Made by a program: the position numbers and the translations under genes. Of a stretch of DNA of 64,000 nt, positions 1 through 13,500 are shown piece after piece. This DNA comes from Eledone cirrhosa. Its lineage: Eukaryota. Every line of letters starts with the position of its first letter. Positions within the stretch are counted from its first letter, which is position 1. The DNA lies in contig OZ024742.1 in the NCBI GenBank assembly GCA_964016885.1, forward strand, positions 202,492,001-202,556,000, read 5' to 3'. The notes under the pieces were generated by a model, which was given only the letters and a program-made list of their open reading frames with translations, did not search any database and had not been told where the DNA came from.

Positions 1-2158
1 ACTTTTCCTGGTTGATCATTGCTCCTGTCACCGCTTCGTATTCTCTTCGTGTAGTGCCGATCGCCTCGATGTGTTTAGCGTTCGACACCACTACGGTGAC
101 ATCGTCGGCATATGCGGACACGGATCTTCCGCATCCTAGTTCGCGCGGGACTCCCCTCAACGTCTCCAGTTTGTGAAGTAATGGCTCGAGAGTCAATACG
201 TACAAGAGGGACGAGAGGGGACATCCTTGGCGGACCAAGCGCATGATGTTGAACGGTTCTGAAAGGTGACTTTTCACTCTCACCACAGAGCAGATGCCGC
301 TGTGCATGGCAGCGATCCAGCCTCTGAAGACGGGACAAAGCCAGACGCCTTCAGGACTGCCGCCAGGTAACGATGGTCGATCCTATCGAAAGCTTTCGAC
401 TGATCTAAATTGATCAACGACCCACCCGTGCCAGGTTCCCTAGCTACCCTCTCTACGATGTATCGCTTGAGGTGGAGGTTGTCGTGGATGGATCTGTCGG
501 AAATTGCGCATGTTTGCGCCTCTCCCACCAGACCCCAACGACAAGCGCCAACCTCTTTGCTAGCACCTTGGCCAAAATCTTGTACTTTCTGTTTAGCAGA
601 GTTATGGGCTTGAAATTATCTATGTTATCCCCCTTGTTCGGATCCTTTCTCAGCACTGCCACCGCTCCTCGGCTCACAGAGCTGGGAATTCTCCCGATCT
701 GTTGCCAGTTGCAGTAGACGTCCGCCAAGAGGCCTCCGAACAAGTCTGGCATCTGTACGTAAAGTTCATAGGGCAGACCATCCAAACGAGGCGATTTACC
801 CCTTGTGCAGCCAGTCATTGCCTCCCGTAATTCAGCGGCTGTTATCAGCTTTTCGCAACACTCCGCCTCAGTGGCCAAGAGCCGCGGCAGTCCGTCGAGG
901 TACACACTAAAGTCTATCCTTTGACCCGGCCCACCGCTGCCCCCGAACAGCTGAGCGAAGTGTCGCTGAAAAGCTTCAAACATTTGCCCAGGATCGAGTA
1001 GCATGCGCCCGTCGTGTTCCACCAAAGACCCGATCGTGGATATGTTGCCACGACGCGCCTCCGCCACTCAGGCCCATTGAACGGCTTTCGTCCCCTCGTG
1101 TCTGAGAGCACGCACTCTAGCTCTGACAACGCAGCCTTCGTGCTTTGCATTGAAGAATTGATCAAGGGCCAATTTCGCCGCATGTACGTCGGTCGCGATG
1201 GCTTTGCTAAGCGCCTCGTCTAATTTTCTAACTAGTTCTCCCTCTGCTCTATTTTTCTCTATTGTTAAAGCCTTACTAAACCTAATGAACTCTATTCTAA
1301 TCGCTCTTTTCAGAGCAAACCACCACTTGTTGTTGACGATATCCCTCGTCAACGCCTGCTTAACTAGTTCGCTAATCCGGTCTCTGTAGGCTTTGCGCGC
1401 TGGTAAGAACGCGTTTAGCTTCCAGTAGCCGGGTCCTCGTCTATGAAGCCTAAGTCAAGCACACAGATCACGAATTTCTGGTCCGTGTAGCTGACTATCT
1501 TGAATTGTGGACAGCCTATGCTAGACCTATCTATTTCCCTACAAAATACTCTATCTAGATATGATCTGGATAACCCTATCCGATTTGTCCAAGTCCACAT
1601 TGGCACATTCGGGAAATCCAATCGGTACCTGTCAGACAGTTCAAAACTCCTGAGCAGGTTGGTCAGGTTCTTGCACCCTCCTCCGCTATCCGCTAATCCC
1701 ACACAGTCCCAGCGTGCATCTAAGATCCCGTTCCAGTCGCCCACTAACACTAAAAAGCGGGACGTTCCAAGAAAGGTCTCTAGACGCCGGAAGAAATCAG
1801 GTCGCCCTGCTCCTGTCGGGGCTTAGACGGCCACTAGCCTGAAAGCTTGCCCGTCTCCGCTGGTCACGTCCAGCACCACCAACTTACCTTCTGGGTCCCG
1901 GAAGATGGCCCGTATGGCGAGACCCAAACCTCTCCGAAAAAGCACAGCAACTCCTTCCCCCGATCCAGGACGGCTGGGAGATGCGTACACATCGTAGCCG
2001 CCGAAGATCGGTGCGAAGGCCCGTGCTTCGGAGATTCTGGTCTCGCTGATGGCCACTACATCTATGTTTAGTGACCTGAGGTCGTTGAGCAGGTGGCCCT
2101 GCTTCCTTGACGACCCCAAGCCACGCGCATTTATGCTGCCTATTCTGTGTGAGGTCAT
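1..2158 (-). pseudogene. Tx1/L1-type ORF2 (APE endonuclease + reverse transcriptase), disrupted by frameshifts/stops
   Basis: ORF pieces 1823-2158, 1415-1750, 1068-1352, 453-1067 and 280-528 carry successive APE and RT motifs in different frames. Confidence 0.9.
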
Positions 2159-2197
2159 TTACAAATGGAGTGGAAAAGATGGGAAAGACCACTTACC

Positions 2198-3635
2198 TTA
2201 CTTTTCGTAGAGGAAGGATGGTTTTTCCATCCCTTTTCACTTGATCAACTGGTGAAGGGACCGTTGTATGGTCCTTTCGGCTGGTGGGTGGTCGGTTCTT
2301 CTATGAGTATGTCCGAATATACTCTTGGTTGAAAGTCCCTCCTAGGTCTCTGAAATCACCAACTGCGTTGGGGAATTTCGTTTTAATGTTTGTGTATTGT
2401 TTCTGTGCTATTCTTACCAGTCTTATGTTCGTTGGTGTTTTGATTGGTGCTGGTATTATGTAGTCGTGCTGTGAAATGTATTTATTGCCGTGCATTTGTT
2501 TTTCTGGGGGTGGGGTGTGATTCTGCTATTTTCTTCTCGTTGTTGCTGGGTGTGTGTGTTTTGTTGTTGTGTTTGCGATGTTGGTGCTTGTGGTGGTGGT
2601 GTTGAAGCTGTTGTTGTTGTTGGCGGTGGGGTTGTCGCCGGTGGTGATGGTGGTGCTAGTGTGGGTAGTGATGGTGTTGGTGATGTTGCTGCTGTGAGTC
2701 TCTTTGCAGTAGCCTTTACCCTTTTTTCATTTCTTTCCTCCCTTTTCGAAGGCGACGATGCGCTGCTTCTGCGTTTGTGCCTTCTTGCGACCTTTTGCCA
2801 TCCCTCTCCCACCTCACACTCCATGTCTGATTCTGTGAGGTCGGGGAAGGGTACCAGCTCCACTCTTTCACTTGTTGTTGTTGGTGATGTTTGCAGTGGA
2901 GTCTCTGTTGCAGCTGTAGTTGGTATTACTGTTGTTGTTATTAATACGTCTACTGCTGCTGCTGTTCTTGATTTCCGTGGCGTGGGTATGAGTGCCACGG
3001 ACCTATCGTTCCTGATTACCGCTTGCCCTGTTGCTGGTAGCAGTGGAGCCGGTTTCGGAAGGAGGGGGGTTTTCTCCTTTCTCAGGGTCTTCTCATTGCA
3101 GAAGGCCCTGAGGTGAGTCTTCAGTTTGACCCTCACAATTTTTTGCCCGCAGTAGGAGGGCACCAACACCATTTCCTCGCTCCTTAGGGTCACTAAGGAT
3201 TGAGCCTTTGCCTCCTGGGGTGTGGCAAAAAGCACGTCTACGGTGGCATATTTCTTGCCTCGGGTGATATGCGTTTTCCGCTTCCACACAGAACCTAAGG
3301 CTTTTTGTATTTGAGCCTCTGTGGCTTTTTCAACCCTACGGGATTTTGTGATTACTGTACGGTACGTGACTGTACAGGCTGTTGGGTTTCGAAATATTTT
3401 TCTGCTGCCTTGCAGATTGCTCGGTGTCCGGTTTTCATCACCATCTTCATTGCTTCCTGTAATTCCTCATTTGTTATGAGAGTGGTTTCCAGGTTCTTTG
3501 CGATACCTGCAAACGAGATTGGGTTTTCTTTGCTGTTGTTGTTGTTGACGTCAGAGCTGCTGTTACTTTTGTTGTTGCTGCTGGTACTACGAATACTGTC
3601 GCCGCCGCTGTTGCTGTGGTTGTTGTAGTTGTTGC

Positions 3636-3666
<31 letters not shown>

Positions 3667-3861
3667 AATGCTGTTGTTGTTTATGCTGCTGCTGATGCTG
3701 TTGCGGCTGCTACTGTTGTTTTCCTTGTCACTGTTGCTGCTGCTGCTGCTGTTATTACGGGTGCTTCTGCTATTATCAGACGAATGAAATGGGTTTTCGT
3801 ATTTACCGCACACCTTTTTCGTCGTTGTCGTTGTCGTGGAGAAATGTTCCACGTTTTGCAC
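2198..3861 (-). pseudogene. ORF1 (gag-like, low complexity) of Tx1 copy 1
   Basis: ORF pieces 3352-3861, 2456-3289 and 2301-2495 lie directly upstream of ORF2. The motifs ISFAGIAK and TVDVLFATPQEA have counterparts in copy 2 ORF1 (LSFARVAK, TVDVFFETPQEA). Confidence 0.75.
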
Positions 3862-4272
3862 TTGATTTTGGAAACTATTTTTCTTTACTGGCGTCGCTTG
3901 CGAAAGAGAAGGGAGGAGAGAGACACATTTAGAGAAGGGAGCGAGAGAGATAATCTTCTCTCTGGTGTAGTGCGAAATGAGGAAGAAGAAGACGGAATGA
4001 GTGGGAGTGACTTGTGGAAATTCTTATTCGGAACCTTTTTTTTTTGGGGGGGGGGGGGGGGGGGTTAAAATAAATTGGGCTTATTGGGCAGAAAACCCAA
4101 ATAAGCGGTTATTTAACCCTGAAGGGCCAAATAACGGGCAGAAAGACCACTCTCACGAGGAGGAGGGTGTTTTTGTCTACAATTTGGTTAAAGTTTTAAA
4201 CAATTTACAATTGTTATAGCGGTCAAAATTACTATACCTTACAGAGCCGAGCCTCCGTCAACCATGGCATTC

Positions 4273-4334
<62 letters not shown>

Positions 4335-4341
4335 TAATAAT
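4273..4341. repeat. (AAT)n microsatellite between the two Tx1 elements
   Basis: Read directly from the sequence. Confidence 0.98.
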
Positions 4342-7271
4342 GATTTCTTTATTGGCCACAAGGGCTGACATCAAGAAAAACATTACAGACGGCACAGGAC
4401 GGTACGATGTTGGTTTTGTGCGTGTAAAAATTTTTATCATTTATATAAGAAAAGTAAAAAAAGACATAGAAACATATATATATATAAAAAATAATAATGA
4501 AAATTGAAACAGTGAAAAATTTCCCGAGGTTTACTCGTGGCGAAAGCCACACAAAAGACCACAGCCACTTTGACCACCAGGGCAAGCGCCCTCTCTCAAT
4601 TTTTCCATCTCTCAAACTACAGACGTATATTCAGAGCGGTCCCGTTCACTCGTGTTCCCGGAAGATGGCCCGTATGGCGAGACCCAAACCTCTCCGAAAA
4701 AGCACAGCAACTCCTTCCCCCGATCCAGGACGGCTGGGAGATGCGTACACATCGTAGCCGCCGAAGATCGGTGCGAAGGCCCGTGCTTCGGAGATTCTGG
4801 TCTCGCTGATGGCCACTACATCTATGTTTAGTGACCTGAGGTCGTTGAGCAGGTGGCCCTGCTTCCTTGACGACCCCAAGCCACGCGCATTTATGCTGCC
4901 TATTCTGTGTGAGGTCATTTACAAATGGAGTGGAAAAGATGGGAAAGACCACTTACCTTACTTCTCGTTGAGGAAGGATGGTTTCTCCATCCTTTTCACT
5001 GCTTGTGGCCTCAAAAGGAAGGATGTCCTTATAAATCCCCCCGGAGAGTGGTTGTCGGAAGTCTCCGATGTCTTTAGGGAATTTTTGTTTTAGTGTCGTG
5101 TACGTTTTCTGTGTGATGCGAGTGATTTGTATGTGTGGAGGTTGTGTGAACTTTTGGGTTGTTGTGTAGTCTTCTGTGATGCTGGTGTTGTGTTGGATGT
5201 AGTGTAATAATTGGTTGTTGTTCAAATTTAATTGTTTCTACTTTAGGCACAAGGCCAGCAATTACCAGTGCATTACTGGTACTTTATTTTATCGACCCCG
5301 TAAGGATGAAAGGCAAAGTCAACCTCGGCGGGATTTGAACTCAGATAGTAAAGGGACGTAACTATGCTGGAAAGCATGGCGTCCGACCCTCTACCGATAC
5401 TGCCAATCCACCGCCCGGTTGTTGTTCAAATTTAATGCTGTGCAGTGTGTATCGTTTTGGTTGTTTTGTTTTGTTTGCGTTTGTTATGGGTTTGTTTCTT
5501 TTTCGCTCTTTGGTGACTTTTGTAGTGTTGGTGATGGTGGTTTTGGGGTTAATGATGGTGATGGTGTTGGTGTTTGTGGTGATGGGGTTGGTGATACTGG
5601 TGTGGACGGTGGCATATCTCTCCTAATTTTTTTGTTGGATAGTTTATTTTGTTTTTGGAGGGAGAGGGAAGAGAATTTTTTCTTTTTGGGTTTCTTTTTT
5701 TCTTTTTTCCTGATACCGTTTCCCACTCCTCGTCGTCACAATCTGTCTCCAGTTGTGATAGGCCGGGGTGTGGAAAATTCTCCACAGGCGTTGGTTTTGG
5801 TTGTGGCGTGGTGGATGGTGTAGGCGCTGGTGCTAGTTCTGGCGGGTTGGGTGGTGGTGGTGTTGGCTTTGCTACTGTTGCTGGGGTTGCTGCTGTTACA
5901 GTTGCTTCTGTTGTTGCTGCTACAGTTGTTGCTGCCATCTCTGCTGCTGGTGGTGTTGATGGTTGAGTCACTGGGGTGGGTAAGAGAGGTGGCCTCAACC
6001 TTTTAGCCTGAGAGCAGAAAGCCCTTAGGTGGGTTCCTTCACCACAAACGACTCACCTAGGCCTTCTGCCCTCGACGATTATGGTGAGGTGGCTGCCGTC
6101 AGTGAGGTCTATTACCTCTGGGATCTCCTCAATGCTTTTTTGTCCGCTTGGATCAGGAGCTCCATCCCTGATCCGGACCAGTTCTCCTGCTTTTCTTTCG
6201 CTATTTCGATTATCTTGGTGTTGGCTTCGATGCCGGCGAGGACGGCAGCTATTTACCAGGGAATTTCGATGGCCGGTGGAATGTGGGTGACCACGAGTCT
6301 CTGGCCACAATACCTTGGGATGAGTGTGAAGTCGTCACTTCTTAATGGGGCCATGGAGTGTTCTCTAGCCTCCTGTGGTGTTTCAAAGAACACGTCCACG
6401 GTTCTATACTTCTGCCCACGTCTGATGTGGGGTTTTTTTTGCCCACACATGTCCCAAAGCTTTTAGGATTTGGGACTCGGATGCCCGTTCCACTCGGCGC
6501 GATTTTATAGGCGCCGATGCTCCATTTTATTAGGTGTGTGTGTGAGGGGTGAGGGTTTGGGGGTGAGGCTGACCCTGTACCCATCTTTCTTTACCATTTT
6601 TTTGGCTTCTTCTAATTCCTCCTGAGTTACCTGAAATGCTTCGCACTGTTTTGCTACTCTGGCAAAACTCAGGGTGGTTTTCTTAATGTCATTGTTGCTG
6701 TTGTTGTTATCGTTATTTTTGTTATTATTAATTTTAGTTTCAGTTGTGGTGGTGGTGGCGTCAGTGGTCTTCGGTGTGGAAGAGTTCATTTTGGTTGAAT
6801 TCATTTCGATATCACGCGTTAATTTATTTTTTTCTTTTGTTTCTGTTGTCGCTGTGGTGGTGGTGGGGTGGCGACTTTAACACCTGCAGTCATTGGTAAT
6901 GGCGGGAAATGAATGTCTGCCTGAGACAAATTTAAAATATTGCTAATGCTTATATTTTTAGTGTTGGCAAATGTAGTAATATTTACAATGGTGGTGTCGG
7001 TGTGAGGTGTTAGTTTGTGAGGAAGGCTGTCGGCTTCGTGTGGCTGTGAGACATCCATGTTTTTTTCAAAGAAAGTTTTTTTTGATAATTATAAAAGTTT
7101 AAATTTTGGGCTCAAAGTCTCAATCTTTTTGAGTGTCCTTTTCGGAAAACAATGTATGTGCACTTATATACAGTGAACAATAAAAATTTTCCATAAATGG
7201 CAATTTTAAACAAACGAAAACAACAAACCTTTGCGGAGCTCACGATGATACGATTTACTACGTAGGTCGCC
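4342..7271 (-). mobile_element. Tx1/L1-clade element, copy 2: ORF1 plus internally deleted ORF2 and 3' UTR (non-autonomous)
   Basis: ORF1 pieces span 7058-4953. The APE N-terminus at 4656-4918 is identical to 1896-2158 and is joined to a short C-terminus-like stretch (RVNGTALNIRL*, stop at 4617). A 3' UTR follows, with AATAAA (4348-4353, minus) just before the (ATT)n tract. Confidence 0.85.
5233..5416 (-). mobile_element. tRNA-derived SINE, full length, with 20-bp TSD
   Basis: Box A TGGCAGTATCGG and box B GAGTTCAAATCC on the minus strand, with core CATCCTTACGGGGTCGATAAAATAAAGTACCAG. The TSD GGTTGTTGTTCAAATTTAAT occurs at 5213-5232 and 5417-5436. Many other copies lie in the window. Confidence 0.95.

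Positions 7272-7342
<71 letters not shown>
7272..7342. repeat. (AAT)n microsatellite
   Basis: Read directly. It separates the Tx1 copy 2 5' end from a Dong-like element. Confidence 0.98.
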
Positions 7343-7343
<1 letters not shown>

Positions 7344-9360
7344 CACATGTCTGCCCGTAATGTGGAAACTGTTGACGAGCATTGTGTCTGAGGAAATCTA
7401 CCATCACCTCCACACAAACAACTTGTTACCGGACGAACAGAAAGGATGCCGAAAGAAGTCACGTGGTACAAAGGACCAGTTGCTTATTGATAAGATGGTA
7501 ATGGGGAATTGCAGGAGGAGACACACTGATCTTGCCATGGGATGGATAGACTACAGAAAGGCATTTGACATGGTGCCTCATTCCTGGATCACCAAAAGCC
7601 TGGAGATCTTCAGGGTGGCAGATAACATCAGACAGTTGCTAGGCAGGAGTCCTGGGAGACAGAGTTGACATCAACTGGAGTATCCTTGGGAAGCGTGAAG
7701 ATCAAGAGAGGTATCTTCCAGGGAGATAGCCTGTCCCCTCTGTTGTTTGTCCTTGCCCTGATGCCCTTGACCATTATGCTGCGAAAAGTGAGAGCAGGAT
7801 ACAAGTTGGGAAGGGGAGAGCTTACCATCAATCACCTCCTCTTCATGGACGATCTTAAGCTCTTCGGGAAAAGTGAGAAGGAGTTGGATGTGCTTGTTGA
7901 CACTGTCCGTATTTTCAGCAGTGATATATGTATGCAGTTTGGTATTGGTAAATGTGGAGTCATTGTGATGAGGAGGGGTAGGTTGAGCAGAGGGGACGGG
8001 ATCCAGATACCAACAGGTGAGATGATAAAGGAAATTGACTCTGAGGAAGGATACAAGTATTTGGGCGTTCTGGAGGCTGATGGCATAAAGAACAAAAAAA
8101 TGAAGGAATTGTTAAGAACTGAATACATTCGGAGAGTAAGGAGCGTATTGAAGTCACATCTGAACAGCAGAAATGCCATAAGCGCAGTAAATTCCCGAGC
8201 TGTGTCTATTATTAGGTACAGTGCGGGAATTCTGAGATGGAATGTTGCTGAACAAAAAGAAATGGATAGGAAGACTAGGAAGCTATTGACTATCTACAAC
8301 ATGTTCCACAAGAGGAGTGATGTCGATAGACTCTACCTAAGGAGATCTGAGGGTGGAAGAGGTCTTATCAGCATAGAGGACTGTGTTCAGATGGAGAAAA
8401 ACAACCTATACAAATACGTGACCTATAGTAAGGAGCCAATGCTCAGAACTGTACTGAAGGAGGGGACAGTAGGCCAGGGGATGTCCAAGGAGGAAATAAC
8501 ATCAAGGAGGAAGAGCAGCCTTAAGGGAAAATCCCTTCATAGTACCTTCTTTGAGAAAACTGAATTTAGAGATCCACAGACATGGAACTGGTTGAGAAGA
8601 GGAGACCTCAAAAAGGCTACAGAAGGAATGCTAATGGCTGCGCAGGAGCAGGCCCTCAAAACGAAGTGGTTGAAGCACCATATCTACAAGGAGGAGGCTA
8701 GCCCACTGTGCAGGATCTGTGGAGAGAGAGAGGAGACTGTGGCTCACATTGTGTCCGAGTGTAAACACCTAGCCCAGACCCACTATAAGGGCTGGAGACA
8801 CGATGTGATGGGCCGGGTGATCCACTGGCACCTATGCAAAGCAAACAATTTACCACATTCTGAGAAATGGTATGAGCATAGGCCAGAGGCGGTGATGGAG
8901 AACAATCAGGTGAAGGTGCTGTGGGATTTTAGGATACAGACGGACAAAAAACTGGAACACAATAGACCTGACCTGGTGGTTGTGGAAAAGAAAAAAGATC
9001 GTGTCTGATTGTGGATGTGGCCTGCCCGTTCGACACGAGAGTGCAAGAGAAGGAGAGGGAGAAAATTAACCGATACCAGGACCTAAAGTGGGAGGTGAAA
9101 AGGATTTGGAACTGCCATGAAGTCAAAGTGATCCCGATTGTCATAGGCGCACTGGGGACTATCTCCAAAAGTTTCCAGGGATGGTTAAAGAAAATCGGCC
9201 CCTTCACGCTTTTTGGAACGCTTCAAAAGGCATGCTTGCTTGGAACAGCAAGAACCCTCCGATACGTCCTGAATATCTGAGGCTGCAGGTAGTGGCTTGA
9301 TATTCAATCCAACGGACTTTCCAGTTAACCAACATCAATGACTGAGATTCAAGGAATAAC
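7343..9360 (+). mobile_element. R4/Dong-like RLE non-LTR retrotransposon, 5'-truncated
   Basis: RT ([33 protein letters not shown]), CCHC knuckle (CRICGEREETVAHIVSEC) and restriction-like endonuclease (RPDLVV..DVACPFD..EKINRYQDL). Frameshifts near 7650 and 8995. Flanked by (AAT)n on both sides. Confidence 0.92.
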
Positions 9361-9363
9361 AAC

Positions 9364-9405
<42 letters not shown>

Positions 9406-9910
9406 TATAGAACTTTAGCATCCAAACAGACCGAAAAATAGATGCAAATAGACCTGATATAATATTGAAGGACTTTCAAAAGAGGGTATGCCTGCTAATT
9501 GATATGTCTGTTCCAATAGACAAGAATGTATCTATAAAAACATTTGAAAAATTGAGCAAGTATAAGGACCTGGAGATAGAAATTGGAAAAATGTGGAAAT
9601 TGAGAACTAAAACAATACCAGTGGTTGTAGGCGCTCTGGGAATGATACCTAAGGGGTCTAATGATTACATATCGCAAATCCCAGGAAACCCGCGTATAGG
9701 AGAAATACAAAAGATAGTACTAATGGGAACTGCCCATATACTAAGGAAGATTCTGTCAATATAAGTACATCACAAGTCTAAACACTAAAGATGCATGTGT
9801 GAATATGTATGTTCTTTCTTGAACATGGCGGACCTTGTTGTCTCTTGAGGTCACTGGTTGTGACTTGGTGATAACTCATATGAACATAAAGCAAGATAAA
9901 TGCAGCTGTA
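9406..9910 (+). mobile_element. 3' fragment of a second R4/Dong-like family (RLE domain + 3' UTR)
   Basis: QTDRKIDANRPDIILKD..IDMSVP..EKLSKYKDL..PVVVGALG (ORF 9465-9764). Bounded by (AAT)n at ~9362-9405 and ~9909-9933. Confidence 0.88.
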
Positions 9911-10504
9911 ATAATAATAATAATAACAATAATACGGCATAGGGCCCCAATATTTAATATTTAATTTTGGATCAGAAATGTTATAGTCGAAAAAGAGGAA
10001 AATGGCAAAATGGCTAAATAGCTAAATGGCTAAGTGGACTGACAGGCAAATAATTTCACCACCAACACCACCACCGCCACCATCACCACTACCACGCCCC
10101 AAACTCTAGTCAAGTTACCTCAACTTCTATTTCTACTTCAACTTCAACACCATCACTACAGTACTACGATCACATCACCACCACCACTGCCTCATTATCA
10201 CTACCGCCGCTATTCTCTCCCAGTACCTCCTGCTAAGACATGCATCGTAGTGTCCCCACTAAAAGAGGAAGGCATCAAAATATATAAATAGACTGATTTG
10301 ATGACCCGGTCAAAAAATCAAAAATCAAAACAGCACAGCAACAACGAAAAACGTAAAGAAAAGAAAAAGGAAAAGAAAAACAAACAGACAGACAGAGAAG
10401 AAGAATTAAAAAAGAAAAACTAAGTCAGACATTCAAACATTACACTACAATGAAACTTATACTTATTCTTTTTTTTTTTTTTTTACCTTTTTGTTTGTTT
10501 GTTT

Positions 10505-13500
10505 ATTTATGTTCGTCTACAGCGTGATAGTGCCACACTAAAATCACAGGGGATGATGAAATCACCGGTGGTCATGTAACCATACATTCACCAATCCTCG
10601 ATAAGAGTGTTTAAATGTCGAACCTAAACGGTTCGAATAACGGTGAAGTGGAGACTCGAATGTCATGTGACAGACTCTCACCCAGCAGGTGCTCCCTGGC
10701 TCAGCAGCAGGGACCTGGCTGTCAACCAAATACTGCTGGTGTCGGAGGAAGAAGAAGAAGGAAAGGGACCAGAACCAACTGGACGAAAGAATTGAATAGA
10801 ACTGTTATGCAATGTTACCTGAAGAGTAACCCCAAGGAGAAAGGCTATAGGAAACGGATGCATAAAATCTGGAACGAGATTGGTCTATTTAAATTAGATG
10901 AACAAAAATTGGCCGAGCAGGCGCGGGTAATAAGAACTAATGGGTCGATAAGCGAGCTGGAACTGGAGGAACTGAGCAGAGAGATTAGGTTAGAAATGGA
11001 GAGTGGAGTATGCCAGGCAAACGAGGCAGTGGGAAATGAAGGTGAAGAGGTTGAGAGAACGGAGGAAGCTTCCGAAGCAGACAATGATCTGAATGCTGAA
11101 ATAAATAATACCTGGAACAGAGATACGGCCATTGAGGAGATGAATGCTGACGGGCTAGGACAAGATTTGGTTGATATCCTAAACTTAGTGGTAGATGAAT
11201 TGAACAATGATAGTGGGAAACCTATGAACCTAAAATTTATAGACAGGAAAAAGTTAAAAGAAACAACAGCTAAGGTAAACAAAGTCATCCCATACCTTGA
11301 GGCGAGGAGCCTTCACCAGTGCAACAATATCCTCAAAGAAACAGCAAATGCGGTGAGGAAATTACTTGGCATAAAAGCGAGAGGAAACAACAAACAAGAA
11401 AGATCAGAACCTTGGTGGAAGAAACGACTGAATGGTCAAATCAGGGAAATGAGAAATGACATTGGAAAGCTTGAGTCCCTACTGAATGGGACACTAAAAA
11501 ACATAGACACTAAAAATAGACTGGAAATAAAGTACAAAACTAGGAGGAAAAAGCTAAACATTATCATAAAGGAACTGAAGCAACGCATTGTAGCAAAGAG
11601 TGCAACAATTAGGCGATACGAGAGCAGAGTCAGTCAGTATAGACAGAACCGCATGTTTGACAACAACCAGAAGATGCTGTTTGGACAGCTTGAAGGGAAA
11701 GAAAGAGGCAACGACTTGATCACTGAGGCAGAACAAACTAAGAAATTCTGGAGAGGAATATGGGAGCAAGATGTTAAACATAATGACCAGGCAGTGTGGA
11801 TTGAGACAGTACAGAAGGAGATTAGTGAACAGGCACACCAACAAACTGATTTGAGTATCACAGTTGAAACTCTTAAGGGGCAGGCCAAAAAACTAACCAA
11901 CTGGAAATCACCAGGCCCAGATGGTGTGCAGGGGTATTGGATTAAAAATATAACATCCCTCCACCCGAAACTGACAACCATGTTCAATGACTGCTTGATG
12001 TCAGGTGAGGTACCAGAGTGGTTGACAAAAGGTACCACAGTTCTGGTAATGAAAGACCGAATCAAGGGTAATGATGTTACCAACTATAGACCTATCACAT
12101 GTCTGTCCGTAATGTGGAAACTGTTGACAAGCATTATGTCTGAGGAAATCTACCATCACCTCCACACAAACAACTTGTTACCGGACGAACAGAAAGGATG
12201 CCGAAAGAAGTCCCGTGGTACAAAGGACCAGTTACTTATTGATAAGATGGTAATGAGGAATTGCAAGAGGAGACACACTGGTCTTGCCATGGGATGGATA
12301 GACTACAAAAAGGCATTTGAAATGGTGCCTCATTCTTGGATCACCAAAAGCCTAGAGATCTTCAAGGTGGCAGATAACATCAGACAGTTGTTGGGCAAAA
12401 GTATGAAGTCCTGGAAAACATCAGCTGGGGAATCCCTGGGAGGCGTGAAGATCAAGAGAGGTATCTTCCAGGTAGATAGTCTGTCCCCCTCTGTTGTTTG
12501 TCCTTGCCCAGATGCCCCTGACCATTATATTGTGAAAAGTGAGAACAGGATACAAGTTGGGAAAGGGAGAGCTTACCATCAATAACCTCCTCTTCATGGA
12601 CGATCTTAAGCTCTTCGGGAAGAGTGAGAAGGAGTTGGATGTGCTTGTTGACACTGTCCGTATTTTCAGCAATGATATATGTATGCAATTTGGTATTAGT
12701 AAGTGTGGAGTCCTTGTAATGAGGAGGAGTAAATTGAGCAGAAGCAACGGAATCCAGGTACCAACAGGTGAGATGATAAAGGAAATTGACACTGAAGAAG
12801 GATACAAATATTTAGGTGTTCTGGAGGCAGATGACATAAAAAAAAAATGAAGGAATTGATAAGATCTGAGTACATTAGGAGAGTAAGGAGCATATTAAAA
12901 TTACATCTAAATAGTAGGAATGTCATAAGTGCAGTGAATTCCCGAGCTGTCTATTATTAGGTACAGTGCTGGAATTCTGAGATGGAATGTTGCTGAACAA
13001 AAAGAAATGGATAGGAAGACTGGGAATCTATTGACTATCTACAACATGTTCCACAAGAGGAGTGATGTCGATAGACTCTACTTAAGGAGATCTGAAGGTG
13101 GAAGAGGTCTTATCAGCATAGAGGACTGTGTTCAGATGGGGAAAAACAACCTACACAAATACGTGACTGATAGTAAGGAGTCAATGCTCAGAATTGTACT
13201 GAAGGAGAGGACAATAGACCAGGGGATGTCCAAGGAGTAAATAACAACAAGGAGGAAGAGCAGCCTTCATGAAATATCCCTTCGTAGTACCTTCTTTGAG
13301 AAAACTGAATTCAGAGATCCACAGACATGGAATTGGTTGAAAAGAGGAGACCTTAAAAAGGCTACAGAAGGAATGCTAATGGCTGCGCAAGAGCAGGCCC
13401 TCAAAACGAAGTGGTTGAAACACCATATGAACAAGGAGGAGGCTAGCCCACTGTGTAGGATCTGTGGAGAGAGAGAGGAGACTGTGGCTCACATTGTATC

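Larger units (their letters stand above)
1..4272 (-). mobile_element. Tx1/L1-clade non-LTR retrotransposon, copy 1 (degenerate; 3' end runs off the window)
   Basis: Minus-strand ORF1 fragments (3861-2301) are followed by an APE endonuclease (IGSINARGL, ISETR, LVGDWN, SYLDRVF) and an RT (KSPRLDGLPYELY, DQSKAFDRIDH, SAYADD near 105-120). The presumed 5' end abuts (AAT)n at 4273. Confidence 0.9.

Noticed and set aside
10505-10614. HDV-like ribozyme at the Dong 5' end
   Set aside because: Plausible for this clade, but I could only see a simple GGGGAT/ATCCTC pairing, not the nested double pseudoknot.
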